Origin: Gemmatimonadota bacterium
GTDB lineage: Bacteria; Gemmatimonadota; Gemmatimonadetes; Palauibacterales; KS3-K002
DNA length: 64,000 nucleotides
NCBI GenBank assembly: GCA_039586795.1
Contig: JBDHJS010000009.1
Span: forward strand, 37,349-101,348
Reading direction: 5' to 3'
Shown: piece after piece, positions 26,880 through 36,908 of the stretch
How positions within the stretch are numbered: position 1 is the stretch's first letter
How the letters are laid out: every line of letters begins with the position of its first letter
Translations under genes and position numbers: made by a program
The notes under the pieces: generated by a model
The model's input: the letters and a program-made list of their open reading frames with translations, nothing else
Told to the model about the DNA's origin: nothing
The model's database searches: none

Positions 26880-29525
26880 ATGCGAAGCGAACGGGGATGG
26901 ACAGCGCGGCTGCTCTATGGTTTGGCGGCTGTGGCTGTTTTGGGACTCACCGCGTGCGAGGAGGATTCCGCCGTCTTCACGCCGTTGGTGGACGAGACAC
27001 CGCCGACGATCGCTATTACATCGATCGAAGTGTCAGCCGACACCCTACGGATAACCACGAAGTCAGAGGACTTCATCGGACTCGGTTCCGTCGTTATCGA
27101 TCTGCGGCGCACCGATCAGTTCCAGACCGAGGTCACCCCAACCGGTGACACTATCGTTGTCGGGACCCTGATCACGACAGATACGACCTACACGACGGGG
27201 CGGGTTCAGGAATTCACGGTCACCACGACGTTCCTGCTCCCGTTCACCAACCCGACGCTGATCGAAGTCGTCGGGACGGCGATCGATACGCAACTGAACA
27301 CGGCGAAGACCTCCGCGTTCATTACGATCGGCGGCGGACCCGGCGGCGGCCCCACCGGGCCGTCTGTGATCATCTACTCCCCGGTCGCCGGGATCACCGT
27401 TCGTGACAACACACTGATCCGAGTCGGTATTCTGGCGAACGACCCCACGGGCCTGGCTCAGTTGAACGTCACCCTATCGGGCATATCACCGCCCACCGTC
27501 CCGGCGGCGGACACGATTCGCTTCACAGAGTTCCGCACCGACGTGGACACCCTGTTGGATTTTTTTATTCCACAGGGGGCCCTAGGGCAGCTGACTATCG
27601 AGGCTGAGGCGATAAACCTCAACACGATAAGCGCTGTCTCCATAGTTCTCGTCACCGTCGCAACAGAGGTCCCCGACGACGCTACCCCGCCAACCATCAG
27701 CATGCTGGTAACAGGGGGAGTTGAGAGACGGACGAACGAGCCGCCGCGCATGGAGTCCGATGATTCGCTGTTGATCAACCTCGTAGCAGCGGATCTAGAG
27801 ACCGCAGTTACCCGGATGGGCGTTTCTGTGGTTGTCCGAAACGACCGTGCGGGTGCAACGGCAATAGACACCTTCTACTTCGATAGCGTCTTCAATCCCG
27901 CGATTAGCGGTACGGTTCCGTTGACCTTTGCACTCGTGCCGGACTCGCTGCCGGCATCCGTGTTCACGATCGATGACGTCCCCGATACGCTGTTCATGCG
28001 AGTGACGGCATGGGCAGTGGACGCCGCTGATCCGAACCGGAATTGCGGCGCGACGGTTGATCCAGATGGCTCAGCCAACAGCCTGCAGTGCACGTCCAAT
28101 ACACCGCCGATCTTCGCCACGGGTCTGCAGGGAGGGTTCGTCGAGCGGTTGATCGTTTCCGGTCAAACGGTGGGATTCCCCCAGGGGGCGCTGATCGCCG
28201 ACGCACAGGTCGATACGATCCGTCAGTTGTTACTGTTGTCGGACTTCAACTTCGGCATCGTGCGTCCGTTCGACCTGGCCAACGAAAGATTCGATGATGC
28301 GGTCCCGGTTGGCTCCGAGCCGTGGGGTCTGTTTATCGACAACAGCGAGGATGGCCTTCTCGTCGGCAACTCGGGAGGTACCAACGTCTCACTGGTGGAC
28401 CTCGGGCCGAGAAGCGTCGGCGCCAACGGCATCGTTGGTGAGGTCGACCGCTTCCAAACGCAGGACCTGAAGGTGTACCGGATCATCGAAGACTTCGACG
28501 CCATCGGACGACCCATCTTCCCGGTGACGTTCTTCGAGTACTCGGACCGACCTCAGTTCCTGGCCCAGGCGGCCAATGGTCTCATCCTCTTCTCCACGGT
28601 CCCGGCGTTGCCTAACGAAAGACCGGGGACGATCCGTGAGTACGACCCGGTGCAGCGCGAGATCCGATTCTTCATCCAATACGCGGCTCGTGCCAGCTCG
28701 AACAACCCGGAGATCCAGGTCATCAACGCGGACTCCGTGTTCGACATTAACGGTTCCCGGCAGTTCGTGATCTGCGACCATACGCGTGGATTGACGCAGC
28801 CGTTCGGACGGTCTTGCATCATCGCGTCGGACTCGCTAGCCGACGCAACATGGCAGGTGGCAAATAAGATCCTGACCGAGGGCTGGGATGTGGAGATCTA
28901 CTCCGATCTCTCGATTCCGAGCATCGGGCTCCAGGACACGACCTTCGTGGCGGCTAGCGGAGACCGGGAGTTCGTCGCCTTCGGTGAGGCCGACACGCCG
29001 GACCGCGCGGGGCGCGTCATCCTCTACCGCTCGGCGACCCAGTCTATCACCAACACGCTGCAAGTGAGCGACTTGCCCGGAAACGCCGAGCAGGCTGTGT
29101 TCGGTCTGGCGTTGAATCTGGATGGAAGTCTGGGTGTGGCTCGAGGCACAAACGCGTACTTCTTCGGGCCCGATACTCCGGGCGGCCCCAATGTTCTACG
29201 TCTGCTTGGTGTTAACGAGAACATCAACCCGTTCGGCACGGGAGCGGCGCTTCACCCCGACAATGATCAGTTCAGCATTGGTAACGACACAGAACGTCTG
29301 TCATTCTTGGGATCGGGCGACGCGAGAATCGAAATGGTGGACACCCATTTCTTCTCATTCTCCCGCGGCCAGATCCTGATCCGGGATCCGATCGTCGGGC
29401 CGCTTCGCGTTACCCGGCCACTACCCGGTGACCCGGCCAACGTCGTCGTGAAGCTTTACGGTGTTACTGACAACGGCGTGGTCGTGATACCGGTCAAAGA
29501 CACTGACATACGGCCGATAAACTAA
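26880..29525 (+). CDS. Large Thr-rich lipoprotein with Ig-like repeats and a probable C-terminal beta-propeller
   Basis: Lipobox LTAC; DETPPTI, GPSVIIYSP and DATPPTI beta-sandwich starts; VPVGSEPWGL and VGNSGGTNVSLVDL YVTN-like blades. Confidence 0.7.
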   Translation: MRSERGWTARLLYGLAAVAVLGLTACEEDSAVFTPLVDETPPTIAITSIEVSADTLRITTKSEDFIGLGSVVIDLRRTDQFQTEVTPTGDTIVVGTLITTDTTYTTGRVQEFTVTTTFLLPFTNPTLIEVVGTAIDTQLNTAKTSAFITIGGGPGGGPTGPSVIIYSPVAGITVRDNTLIRVGILANDPTGLAQLNVTLSGISPPTVPAADTIRFTEFRTDVDTLLDFFIPQGALGQLTIEAEAINLNTISAVSIVLVTVATEVPDDATPPTISMLVTGGVERRTNEPPRMESDDSLLINLVAADLETAVTRMGVSVVVRNDRAGATAIDTFYFDSVFNPAISGTVPLTFALVPDSLPASVFTIDDVPDTLFMRVTAWAVDAADPNRNCGATVDPDGSANSLQCTSNTPPIFATGLQGGFVERLIVSGQTVGFPQGALIADAQVDTIRQLLLLSDFNFGIVRPFDLANERFDDAVPVGSEPWGLFIDNSEDGLLVGNSGGTNVSLVDLGPRSVGANGIVGEVDRFQTQDLKVYRIIEDFDAIGRPIFPVTFFEYSDRPQFLAQAANGLILFSTVPALPNERPGTIREYDPVQREIRFFIQYAARASSNNPEIQVINADSVFDINGSRQFVICDHTRGLTQPFGRSCIIASDSLADATWQVANKILTEGWDVEIYSDLSIPSIGLQDTTFVAASGDREFVAFGEADTPDRAGRVILYRSATQSITNTLQVSDLPGNAEQAVFGLALNLDGSLGVARGTNAYFFGPDTPGGPNVLRLLGVNENINPFGTGAALHPDNDQFSIGNDTERLSFLGSGDARIEMVDTHFFSFSRGQILIRDPIVGPLRVTRPLPGDPANVVVKLYGVTDNGVVVIPVKDTDIRPIN

Positions 29526-29741
29526 CAACTTCGGCCAGCGACGCCTTGCGGCATAACTGAAGGCGCCATAATACATTCGGGGCAGCTATCAAGAACTGGT
29601 GGCTGCCCCGGACTGGCGAAAGAGCCGCCAGACCGACCCCGGACATGAGACGTCTTCGCCGGGGATGGGCCGGCGGCTTCAGCTTTCTCGGCGTGTTCCT
29701 GGTGCGTAGGTGCGGCGTCGTCATTTCTATCGAGTGATCTG

Positions 29742-30947
29742 ATGCTCGAACACTTCAGATTCATCACCGCCGGTGAGTCTCACGGGCAGGGCCTCGTCGC
29801 CATAGTCGAGGGCATGCCCGCGGGAACGCCCGTTAGCGCTGAAGCGATTCGGCGCGAGCTTGCGCGTCGCCAGATGGGGCACGGTCGCGGTGGCCGGATG
29901 AAGATCGAAAAAGACGCGGCGCAGCTCCTTTCCGGCGTGCGCCTCGGCGAGTCGCTTGGTTCTCCCATCGCCATGCTGATACCTAATCGCGATTGGGAGA
30001 ACTGGGAGACGGCTATGTCCGTCGAGCCGGTGTCCAACGCGACCGACGAGCAGTTGCGCCGCGTGAAACTACCGCGCCCGGGCCATGCCGACCTGGTCGG
30101 ATTGCTGAAGTACAGGCGCGAGGATGCCAGAGACATCCTCGAACGCTCCAGCGCCAGGGAGACAGCGGCGCGGGTGGCCGCGGGAGCCCTCGCGAAAGTG
30201 CTGCTCCAGCAGTTCGCTGTTGATGTGGGCAGCCATGTCGTATCGCTTGCGGGCGTCGAAGCGCGTCGTCGCGCCCCGGACGAATACCCGGACGACATCA
30301 ACCAGGCCGCAGACACCTCTCCGGTTCGCTGTCTTGATGCGGAGGTGGAAACCGAGATGGTCAGCGCGATCGACGCTGCTAAATCTGCGGGTGACACAAC
30401 GGGTGGCGTCTTCGAGGTCGTCGCGCGAGGGCTGCCGGTCGGCCTTGGGAGTCACATGTCAGCCTGGAGCAGGCTGGACGGCAGGTTGGCGGGTGCGCTG
30501 ATGTCGATCCAGGCTATGAAGGGCGTCGAGATCGGCCTGGGCTTCGAGGCGGCTCGACTCCGAGGCTCCGACGTCCATGACGAGATCGAGGCCGATCTCG
30601 GAGCTCGTCTCGGCGGAGGGTACAGGCGCGCCTCGAATCGTGCCGGCGGACTGGAAGGCGGCACGACCAACGGCGAGCCGCTGGTCGTACGAGTGGCCAT
30701 GAAACCGCTGTCCACGCTTATGCGTCCATTGAGAAGTGTGGACCTCGACAGTGGCCAGCCCGCTGACGCGGTTCGCGAGAGAAGCGACGTAACGGCGGTG
30801 CCGGCAGCAGGCGTCGTCGGCGAAGCGATGGTGGCGCTGGTCCTCGCCGACGCGATGCGAGAGAAGTTCGGCGGCGACTCGCTGGGCGAGATGAGGGACA
30901 ACTACGACGCCTACCTCGATCGGCTGAAGCGTCGCCATGGCAAGTAG
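29742..30947 (+). CDS. aroC: Chorismate synthase
   Basis: TAGESHG, PRPGHAD, ERSSARETA, GGLEGG, MKPLSTL, ERSD. Confidence 0.97.
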   Translation: MLEHFRFITAGESHGQGLVAIVEGMPAGTPVSAEAIRRELARRQMGHGRGGRMKIEKDAAQLLSGVRLGESLGSPIAMLIPNRDWENWETAMSVEPVSNATDEQLRRVKLPRPGHADLVGLLKYRREDARDILERSSARETAARVAAGALAKVLLQQFAVDVGSHVVSLAGVEARRRAPDEYPDDINQAADTSPVRCLDAEVETEMVSAIDAAKSAGDTTGGVFEVVARGLPVGLGSHMSAWSRLDGRLAGALMSIQAMKGVEIGLGFEAARLRGSDVHDEIEADLGARLGGGYRRASNRAGGLEGGTTNGEPLVVRVAMKPLSTLMRPLRSVDLDSGQPADAVRERSDVTAVPAAGVVGEAMVALVLADAMREKFGGDSLGEMRDNYDAYLDRLKRRHGK

Positions 30948-31449
30948 AGTGGTCCTCGTGGGGTTCATGTGCTCCGGCAAGTCGACCGTGGGACGTCTGC
31001 TGGCGGAGCGGCTGGGTTGGGATTTTGTCGACTTCGACCAGACGATCGAACAGAAGGAGAATCGGCGTGTCGCCGAGATCTTCAGAGATGACGGCGAAAC
31101 GCGCTTCCGCGCCCTGGAGGCGGAGCTTACCCAGGAAGTTGAGGATCGGGACGCGGTAGTGCTGGCACCCGGCGGCGGATGGGTGACCCAGCCCGGTTTG
31201 GTCGAGCGTCTCCGGCCGGACAGCCTGTTTGTCTGGCTGAGGGTGCAGCCTGAGACGGTGTACGCGCGCCAGCGGCTGCAGACCGCTGTAGAAAGACCTT
31301 TGCTGGCGGTCGAACAGCCGCTGGAGGCGATCCGGACGATCCTGGAAGGTCGTCTCGAGCACTACAGCCAGGCCGACCAGGTGGTCGATACCGATGGTCG
31401 AGATCCCAAGGAAGTGGCAGCGCAAATCGCGGAATTGCTGAGCGGCTGA
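30937..31449 (+). CDS. aroK: Shikimate kinase
   Basis: GFMCSGKSTVG, GETRFRALE, GGG, RPLL. Confidence 0.95.
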   Translation: MASRVVLVGFMCSGKSTVGRLLAERLGWDFVDFDQTIEQKENRRVAEIFRDDGETRFRALEAELTQEVEDRDAVVLAPGGGWVTQPGLVERLRPDSLFVWLRVQPETVYARQRLQTAVERPLLAVEQPLEAIRTILEGRLEHYSQADQVVDTDGRDPKEVAAQIAELLSG

Positions 31450-31576
31450 CGGACCTGCCGGCGTGCCGGAGTTGACACGCTGTTGATTCCTGCTAGCCAT
31501 TTTCAGCGTTGAGGCTCGGCGGAACATGCGGGACCGGGTCCGGTGTAAGCGGGTGGAAGGGTGAGACGAGAGGCGT

Positions 31577-34066
31577 ATGGCGAAGAAGACGACGACAAAG
31601 AAGAAGACGCCGACTAGGAAGAAGGCGACCGCCAGCGGATCAAAGTCGAAGGGAAACGGCTCCCGACTTCTGATCGTTGAGTCGCCCGCGAAAGCGCGTA
31701 CTATCGGCCGCTACCTGGACGACAGCTATGTCGTAAAGGCGTCGGTGGGGCACATCCGTGACCTGCCGAAGCGTGACCTCGGCGTCGACGTCGAAAACGG
31801 TTTCGAGCCGCAGTACGTGACGATCCGTGGCAAAGGGAAGGTTATCAAGGAGCTCAAGTCTGCCGCCAAAGATGCCAGCGAAGTCCTCCTCGCTACGGAC
31901 CCGGACCGGGAAGGCGAAGCTATCGCCTATCATGTCGCGGAGCAGCTTGGTTACAAATCAAAAAACGGAGCACGCTTCAAGCGGGTTCTGTTCGAGGAGA
32001 TCACTCCTGAGGGGATCGCCCAGGGCCTGGAGAACCCCGGGCAAATCGATCTCCGGAAGGTCGACGCGCAGCAAGCTCGACGCATTCTCGATCGCCTGGT
32101 GGGTTACAAGGCCAGCCCGTTCCTCTGGAAGCCGATCCGACCGGGGATCTCCGCCGGCCGCGTCCAAACGGTGGCACTGCGGCTCATCTGGGAGCGCGAA
32201 GAGGCGATCAAGGCGTTCGTGCCAAAGGAGTACTGGACGGTAGAAGCGCGCCTAGGGAAGGATGAACACAGATTCACGGCGCAGCTTCATCATATTGATG
32301 GCAAGAAGCCAGACCTTCCAAACGAAGAGACGGCGCAGGCCGTTATCGATGCGGTTCAAAAAGTCCCCTTCGAGATCACTAGGATTCGACGCAAGGAGAG
32401 GCGCAAGAACCCGTCCGCGCCCTTCACCACATCCACGGTACAGCAGGAGGCGGCGAAACGCCTGCGCTTCTCGGCCAAGCGTACCATGCGCATCGCGCAG
32501 CAGCTCTATGAGGGTGTGGAGGTCAAAGGCGAGGCCATCGGTCTGATCACCTATATGCGAACGGACTCCACGCGGGTCGCTGGATCGGCCGCCGACCTGG
32601 CTCGCCAATTCATTCAGAACGAGTTCGGTGAGAACTATATCCCCACGTCCGCCAGACTCTACTCCGGGAAACAACAGAAGGGGGCTCAAGAGGCCCATGA
32701 GGCCATCCGTCCGACCTCGGTTCTGAGGACGCCGGACTCCTTGAAGGGCGACCTGGATGCGGACCAGTTCAAGCTCTATCAGCTGATCTGGTTCCGATTC
32801 GTCGCCTCACAGATGGCCCCGGCCGTATACGATACGACTACGGTCGACTTCGATCTCAGCGGCGCCGATGGTCGAGACTACCTGTTCAGGGTAACGGGAT
32901 CGGTGCTCAAGTTCGACGGCTTTACGCGTCTCTATCGGGACGTGCACGAGGAGGGCGAAGGGCGCACACTGGATGATCTCGCGCCGCTTCCCGAGGTGCA
33001 GGAAGCCGATGTCGTCCAGCTTCATGACATCCAGAAGACCAGGCACGAGACAAAGCCACCGCCGCGCTTCAGCGAAGCCAGCCTGGTCAAAGAGCTCGAG
33101 AAACTGGGAATCGGGCGACCTTCCACGTATGCCTCTATCCTGTCCACCCTGGTCGAGCGGACCTACGTGGAACTGGAGAGCCGGAGGTTCCACCCAACAC
33201 CCCTTGGTGAGACCGTCGTCCAGGTCCTGATTCGGGTCTTCCCTGACACTTTCGACATCGCCTTCACCAGCAGTATGGAAGAGAATCTCGACCGCATCGA
33301 GGAAGGCGAAGCCGAATGGCATCAAGTGCTGGAGGAGTTCTACTCGCGCTTCAGGGAGCGTCTGGAATCGGGCGAGGCCGACCTCGAGAAGATCATCATC
33401 GACATCGTTCAGGTGAAGGACACTGTCTGCGATCTTTGCGGCAGCCCGATGGTCGTGAAATGGAATCGCTACGGACGGTTCCTTGGTTGCTCGAGCTACC
33501 CTGACTGTAGAAACACGAAATCGATCGACCAGCCACCGGATGTTGATCTGGAAGGCGAAGAATGTCCTCAATGCAGCGGCGCACTGGTCGTTAAGAGTGG
33601 TCGCTACGGGCCATTCGTCGCTTGTTCGAATTATCCCGACTGCCGCTTCACGCGCGCGATCGATGCGTCCCAAAACGAAGCTGCCATCGACGCGAAGTGC
33701 CCGAAGTGCGACAGTCCGATGGCAGTCAAGACGGGCCGCTTTGGCGAGTTTTTGGCTTGCACGGCGTACCCCGACTGCAAACACACCCAGCCAATCACCC
33801 TCGGATTCCGCTGCCCGGTCTGCGGTGACGGGGAAGTCGTAAAGCGTCGCACGCGGCGCGGTCGCACCTTCTACGGTTGCACACGCTATCCGGAGTGCGA
33901 GTGGTCGACCTGGGATACTCCAACTCAGGCCACATGTCCGGTCTGTAGCTCGGAGGTTGCGTTGGCCAAGACTTCCAAGAAGAAGGGCGATTTCCTGCGA
34001 TGCGCTGCCTGCTCTCACGAATTCGCAGCAGACAGTGCAGAGACGGCGGATACAGGCTCGGGTTGA
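31577..34066 (+). CDS. topA: DNA topoisomerase I with C-terminal zinc ribbons
   Basis: IVESPAK, DPDREGE, SAGRVQ, ITYMRTDS, AHEAIRPT, GIGRPSTY; four CxxC..C.YP.C repeats plus a fifth CxxC..CxxC. Confidence 0.97.
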   Translation: MAKKTTTKKKTPTRKKATASGSKSKGNGSRLLIVESPAKARTIGRYLDDSYVVKASVGHIRDLPKRDLGVDVENGFEPQYVTIRGKGKVIKELKSAAKDASEVLLATDPDREGEAIAYHVAEQLGYKSKNGARFKRVLFEEITPEGIAQGLENPGQIDLRKVDAQQARRILDRLVGYKASPFLWKPIRPGISAGRVQTVALRLIWEREEAIKAFVPKEYWTVEARLGKDEHRFTAQLHHIDGKKPDLPNEETAQAVIDAVQKVPFEITRIRRKERRKNPSAPFTTSTVQQEAAKRLRFSAKRTMRIAQQLYEGVEVKGEAIGLITYMRTDSTRVAGSAADLARQFIQNEFGENYIPTSARLYSGKQQKGAQEAHEAIRPTSVLRTPDSLKGDLDADQFKLYQLIWFRFVASQMAPAVYDTTTVDFDLSGADGRDYLFRVTGSVLKFDGFTRLYRDVHEEGEGRTLDDLAPLPEVQEADVVQLHDIQKTRHETKPPPRFSEASLVKELEKLGIGRPSTYASILSTLVERTYVELESRRFHPTPLGETVVQVLIRVFPDTFDIAFTSSMEENLDRIEEGEAEWHQVLEEFYSRFRERLESGEADLEKIIIDIVQVKDTVCDLCGSPMVVKWNRYGRFLGCSSYPDCRNTKSIDQPPDVDLEGEECPQCSGALVVKSGRYGPFVACSNYPDCRFTRAIDASQNEAAIDAKCPKCDSPMAVKTGRFGEFLACTAYPDCKHTQPITLGFRCPVCGDGEVVKRRTRRGRTFYGCTRYPECEWSTWDTPTQATCPVCSSEVALAKTSKKKGDFLRCAACSHEFAADSAETADTGSG

Positions 34067-34086
34067 GGCTGCTGCTCTAGCTTCTA

Positions 34087-35439
34087 ATGCCGGAAGTCGT
34101 CGTCGTCGGTGGTGGCCTGGCTGGCTCCGAGGCGGCCTGGCAGCTCGCCAGGCGCGGGCACCGCGTTGCGTTATACGAGATGCGACCGGCAGCAACCACG
34201 CCTGCGCATCAGACCGACGGCCTCGCCGAACTGGTCTGCAGCAACTCATTCAAATCTGAAGAAGAGACAAACGCTCACGGCCTGTTGAAGGCCGAGTTGC
34301 GCGTTCTCGATTCACTGTTGCTTCGCGTCGCCGACGAAACGCGCGTTCCGGCAGGCGCCGCGCTCGCCGTCGATAGACAGCTGTTTTCCGATGGAGTGGA
34401 GGCGGCAATAACCGGCGAACCGAACATAGATGTGCGGCGTGAAGAGTTGATCGAGCTTCCTCCGTCGCCCGCGATCATCGCCACCGGCCCGCTGACATCG
34501 GATGCGCTGTTTGAGAGCATTCGACAAAGATTGGGGAGTGATGGCCTCTACTTCTTCGACGCGATCTCGCCCATCGTGTCGACCGAGTCCATCGACAAGT
34601 CGGCGAGCTTTAGAGCATCCCGGTACGGCAAGGGCGAGGATGATGCCTATATCAACTGCCCGCTCGACCAAGAGGGGTATGAGGCGCTTCTCGAGGCGCT
34701 CCGCGGTGGCGAAGAGTACCGTACGCCGGAATGGGATGATGTTCCCTACTTCGAGGGTTGCCTCCCGATTGAGGTGTTAGCGGAACGGGGTCGCGATGCT
34801 TTGCGCTTCGGGCCGTTCAAGCCGGTGGGGCTCACGGATCCGGTAACGGGCTCGCGACCGTTCGCCGTCGTGCAGCTGCGGCGCGAAGACAAGGATGGTC
34901 GGATGTGGAACCTGGTGGGCTTCCAGACTCGACTCCGCTACCCCGACCAGCGCCGAGCCATTCAACTGATCCCTGCGCTGCGCGAGGCCGAGATCCTGCG
35001 CTACGGCCAGATCCACCGCAATAGCTACATAAACTTCCCGGCGCTACTGTCACCACACGGATCTGTGCTGGATGATCCCGGCTTGATCTTTGCCGGCCAG
35101 CTGACCGGTGTGGAGGGTTATATAGAATCGGCGGCGACCGGATTGCTGGCCGCGCTGAACACCGATCGCCTCGCTCAAGGGAAGGAACCGGCCGTACCGC
35201 CACCAACCACAATGCTCGGCGGTCTGCTTCGCTACCTTCGAGAGGCGGATCCGGATAACTTCCAGCCTATGAACGCGAACTTCGGGCTCCTTGACCCCCT
35301 GCCAGAACCGGTGCGCGGTAAGAAGAAGCGGCGCGAAGAGTTGGCCGCACGTGCCAGGCGCGACATCCGGTCGTGGGTCGAGGGGCTGTCCGACGTTGGG
35401 CAAGCGGGCCAGGGATACCGAGGCCAACCGCATCGGTGA
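34087..35439 (+). CDS. trmFO: Folate/FAD-dependent tRNA m5U54 methyltransferase
   Basis: GGGLAGSEAA, ELVCSNS, YFEGCLP, VGFQT, AGQLTGVEGY, QPMNANFG. Confidence 0.96.
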   Translation: MPEVVVVGGGLAGSEAAWQLARRGHRVALYEMRPAATTPAHQTDGLAELVCSNSFKSEEETNAHGLLKAELRVLDSLLLRVADETRVPAGAALAVDRQLFSDGVEAAITGEPNIDVRREELIELPPSPAIIATGPLTSDALFESIRQRLGSDGLYFFDAISPIVSTESIDKSASFRASRYGKGEDDAYINCPLDQEGYEALLEALRGGEEYRTPEWDDVPYFEGCLPIEVLAERGRDALRFGPFKPVGLTDPVTGSRPFAVVQLRREDKDGRMWNLVGFQTRLRYPDQRRAIQLIPALREAEILRYGQIHRNSYINFPALLSPHGSVLDDPGLIFAGQLTGVEGYIESAATGLLAALNTDRLAQGKEPAVPPPTTMLGGLLRYLREADPDNFQPMNANFGLLDPLPEPVRGKKKRREELAARARRDIRSWVEGLSDVGQAGQGYRGQPHR

Positions 35440-36344
35440 ACGCACGCGCACGGGACTACCTGAGGCATCTGCAGGACGAGCGCCAGCTGTCCCCACATAC
35501 GGTGACGGCATATCGGCGTGACCTGGGAGACCTCTGCTCGTTTCTCGATGACTACTACGGTTCCGACGAGTGGATCTGGCTAGATGTCGACCGACTGGCC
35601 ATTCGTGCTTTTTTGAGCCACCTGACTATCTCGGCGCTCGAGAAACGGACCATAGCACGAAAGCTGTCGGCTGTGCGTAGTCTGTTTCGCTTTCTTCACC
35701 AGGAAGGCGTGGTCGAGGCAAACCCGGCCCGGCAGGTCCGTGCGCCGCGTCAGGGGCGTGCTTTGCCCGGATACCTGACGCAGAAGGAGATGGCTCAGCT
35801 GTTCGACCTGGCGGCGCAGAGCTCGGAGGATTCAGGCTGGCGCGGTGCACGTGATCGTGCGTTGGTCGAGTTACTGTATACAGCGGGCCTGCGCCTATCC
35901 GAGGTTCATGCGCTGAACGTTGCCGACCTGGATGCGGCGCCCGGCAAGGTGAAAGTGCTTGGAAAGGGTGGCAAGGAGCGCATCGTCCCGGTTGGACGCC
36001 ATGCCGTGACGGCGTTACGCGAATATGCGCGCCGACGGGAGCAGTTCTTTGGAGACGCGACACAGACGGACCCGCTTTTCGTTTCGGAACGTGGCACGCG
36101 ACTATCACGACGACAGATACAGCGTATCGTTAAGAGCTTCATTGCTCTGGTGGCTGAAGAAGGAGAATTGAGCACACACTCGGTGCGCCACTCTTTCGCG
36201 ACCCACCTGCTGGACGAGGGCGCCGATCTGATGGCGATAAAAGAACTCTTGGGCCACGCGTCGCTCTCGACCACACAGATGTACGCGCATACATCGAGGG
36301 AGCGATTGAAGCAGGTATACAAGCTGGCGCACCCCAGAAGCTAG
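35436..36344 (+). CDS. xerC: Tyrosine recombinase, XerC-type
   Basis: GTGA overlap with trmFO; GLRLSE, GKGGKER, HSVRHSFATH, LLGH, TTQMY; trmFO-xerC-hslVU context. Confidence 0.9.
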   Translation: MNARARDYLRHLQDERQLSPHTVTAYRRDLGDLCSFLDDYYGSDEWIWLDVDRLAIRAFLSHLTISALEKRTIARKLSAVRSLFRFLHQEGVVEANPARQVRAPRQGRALPGYLTQKEMAQLFDLAAQSSEDSGWRGARDRALVELLYTAGLRLSEVHALNVADLDAAPGKVKVLGKGGKERIVPVGRHAVTALREYARRREQFFGDATQTDPLFVSERGTRLSRRQIQRIVKSFIALVAEEGELSTHSVRHSFATHLLDEGADLMAIKELLGHASLSTTQMYAHTSRERLKQVYKLAHPRS

Positions 36345-36356
36345 GACGGAACATCC

Positions 36357-36908
36357 ATGAGCGATCGAGTGATTCACGGTACGACCATTCTCGCTGTCAG
36401 GAAAGACGGACGCGTTGCCTTGGGAGGTGACGGACAGGTGACGGTCGGTGACACCGTCATGAAGGCAGAGGCCCTAAAGGTCAGAGCGCTCAAAGATGGT
36501 TCCGTGCTGGCAGGGTTCGCTGGATCCGTTGCTGACGCCCTGACTCTGTTCGAGAAGTTCGAGGAGAAGCTGGATAGGTTCCCCGGCAATCTCCCGCGGG
36601 CGGCGGTGGAACTGGCAAAGGACTGGCGCAGCGATCGCGTCTTGCGCCGCCTCGAGGCGCTGCTCGCCGTTGTCGATGCCGATCACTCCTTCCTGCTATC
36701 GGGCAGCGGCGAAGTCATCGAGCCGGATGACGGAATCGTGGCAATCGGGAGTGGTGGGCCGATGGCGCTTGCCGCCGCCCGTGCGCTCACGGCCCATTCG
36801 GAACTCGACGCGGCGGAGATCACTGGAAGCGCACTGCGTATCGCGGGCGAGATATGCATCTACTCGAACACCAACATCACCGTATTGGAGCTTGGGACTC
36901 AAAGCTGA
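36357..36908 (+). CDS. hslV: ATP-dependent protease peptidase subunit
   Basis: HG|TTI, GDGQVT, GFAG, WRSDR.LRRLEA, GSGG. Confidence 0.97.
   Translation: MSDRVIHGTTILAVRKDGRVALGGDGQVTVGDTVMKAEALKVRALKDGSVLAGFAGSVADALTLFEKFEEKLDRFPGNLPRAAVELAKDWRSDRVLRRLEALLAVVDADHSFLLSGSGEVIEPDDGIVAIGSGGPMALAAARALTAHSELDAAEITGSALRIAGEICIYSNTNITVLELGTQS

Noticed and set aside
29586..29640. SAM-I riboswitch-like words (CTATCAAGA..GGTGG..GGACTGGC)
   Set aside because: The GCAAC element and P1 3' partner are missing, the bases form a different hairpin, and the downstream gene is not in sulfur metabolism
35436..36344. Tyrosine recombinase as a mobile-element integrase
   Set aside because: It sits in the conserved topA-trmFO-xerC-hslVU housekeeping cluster with no att sites or cargo
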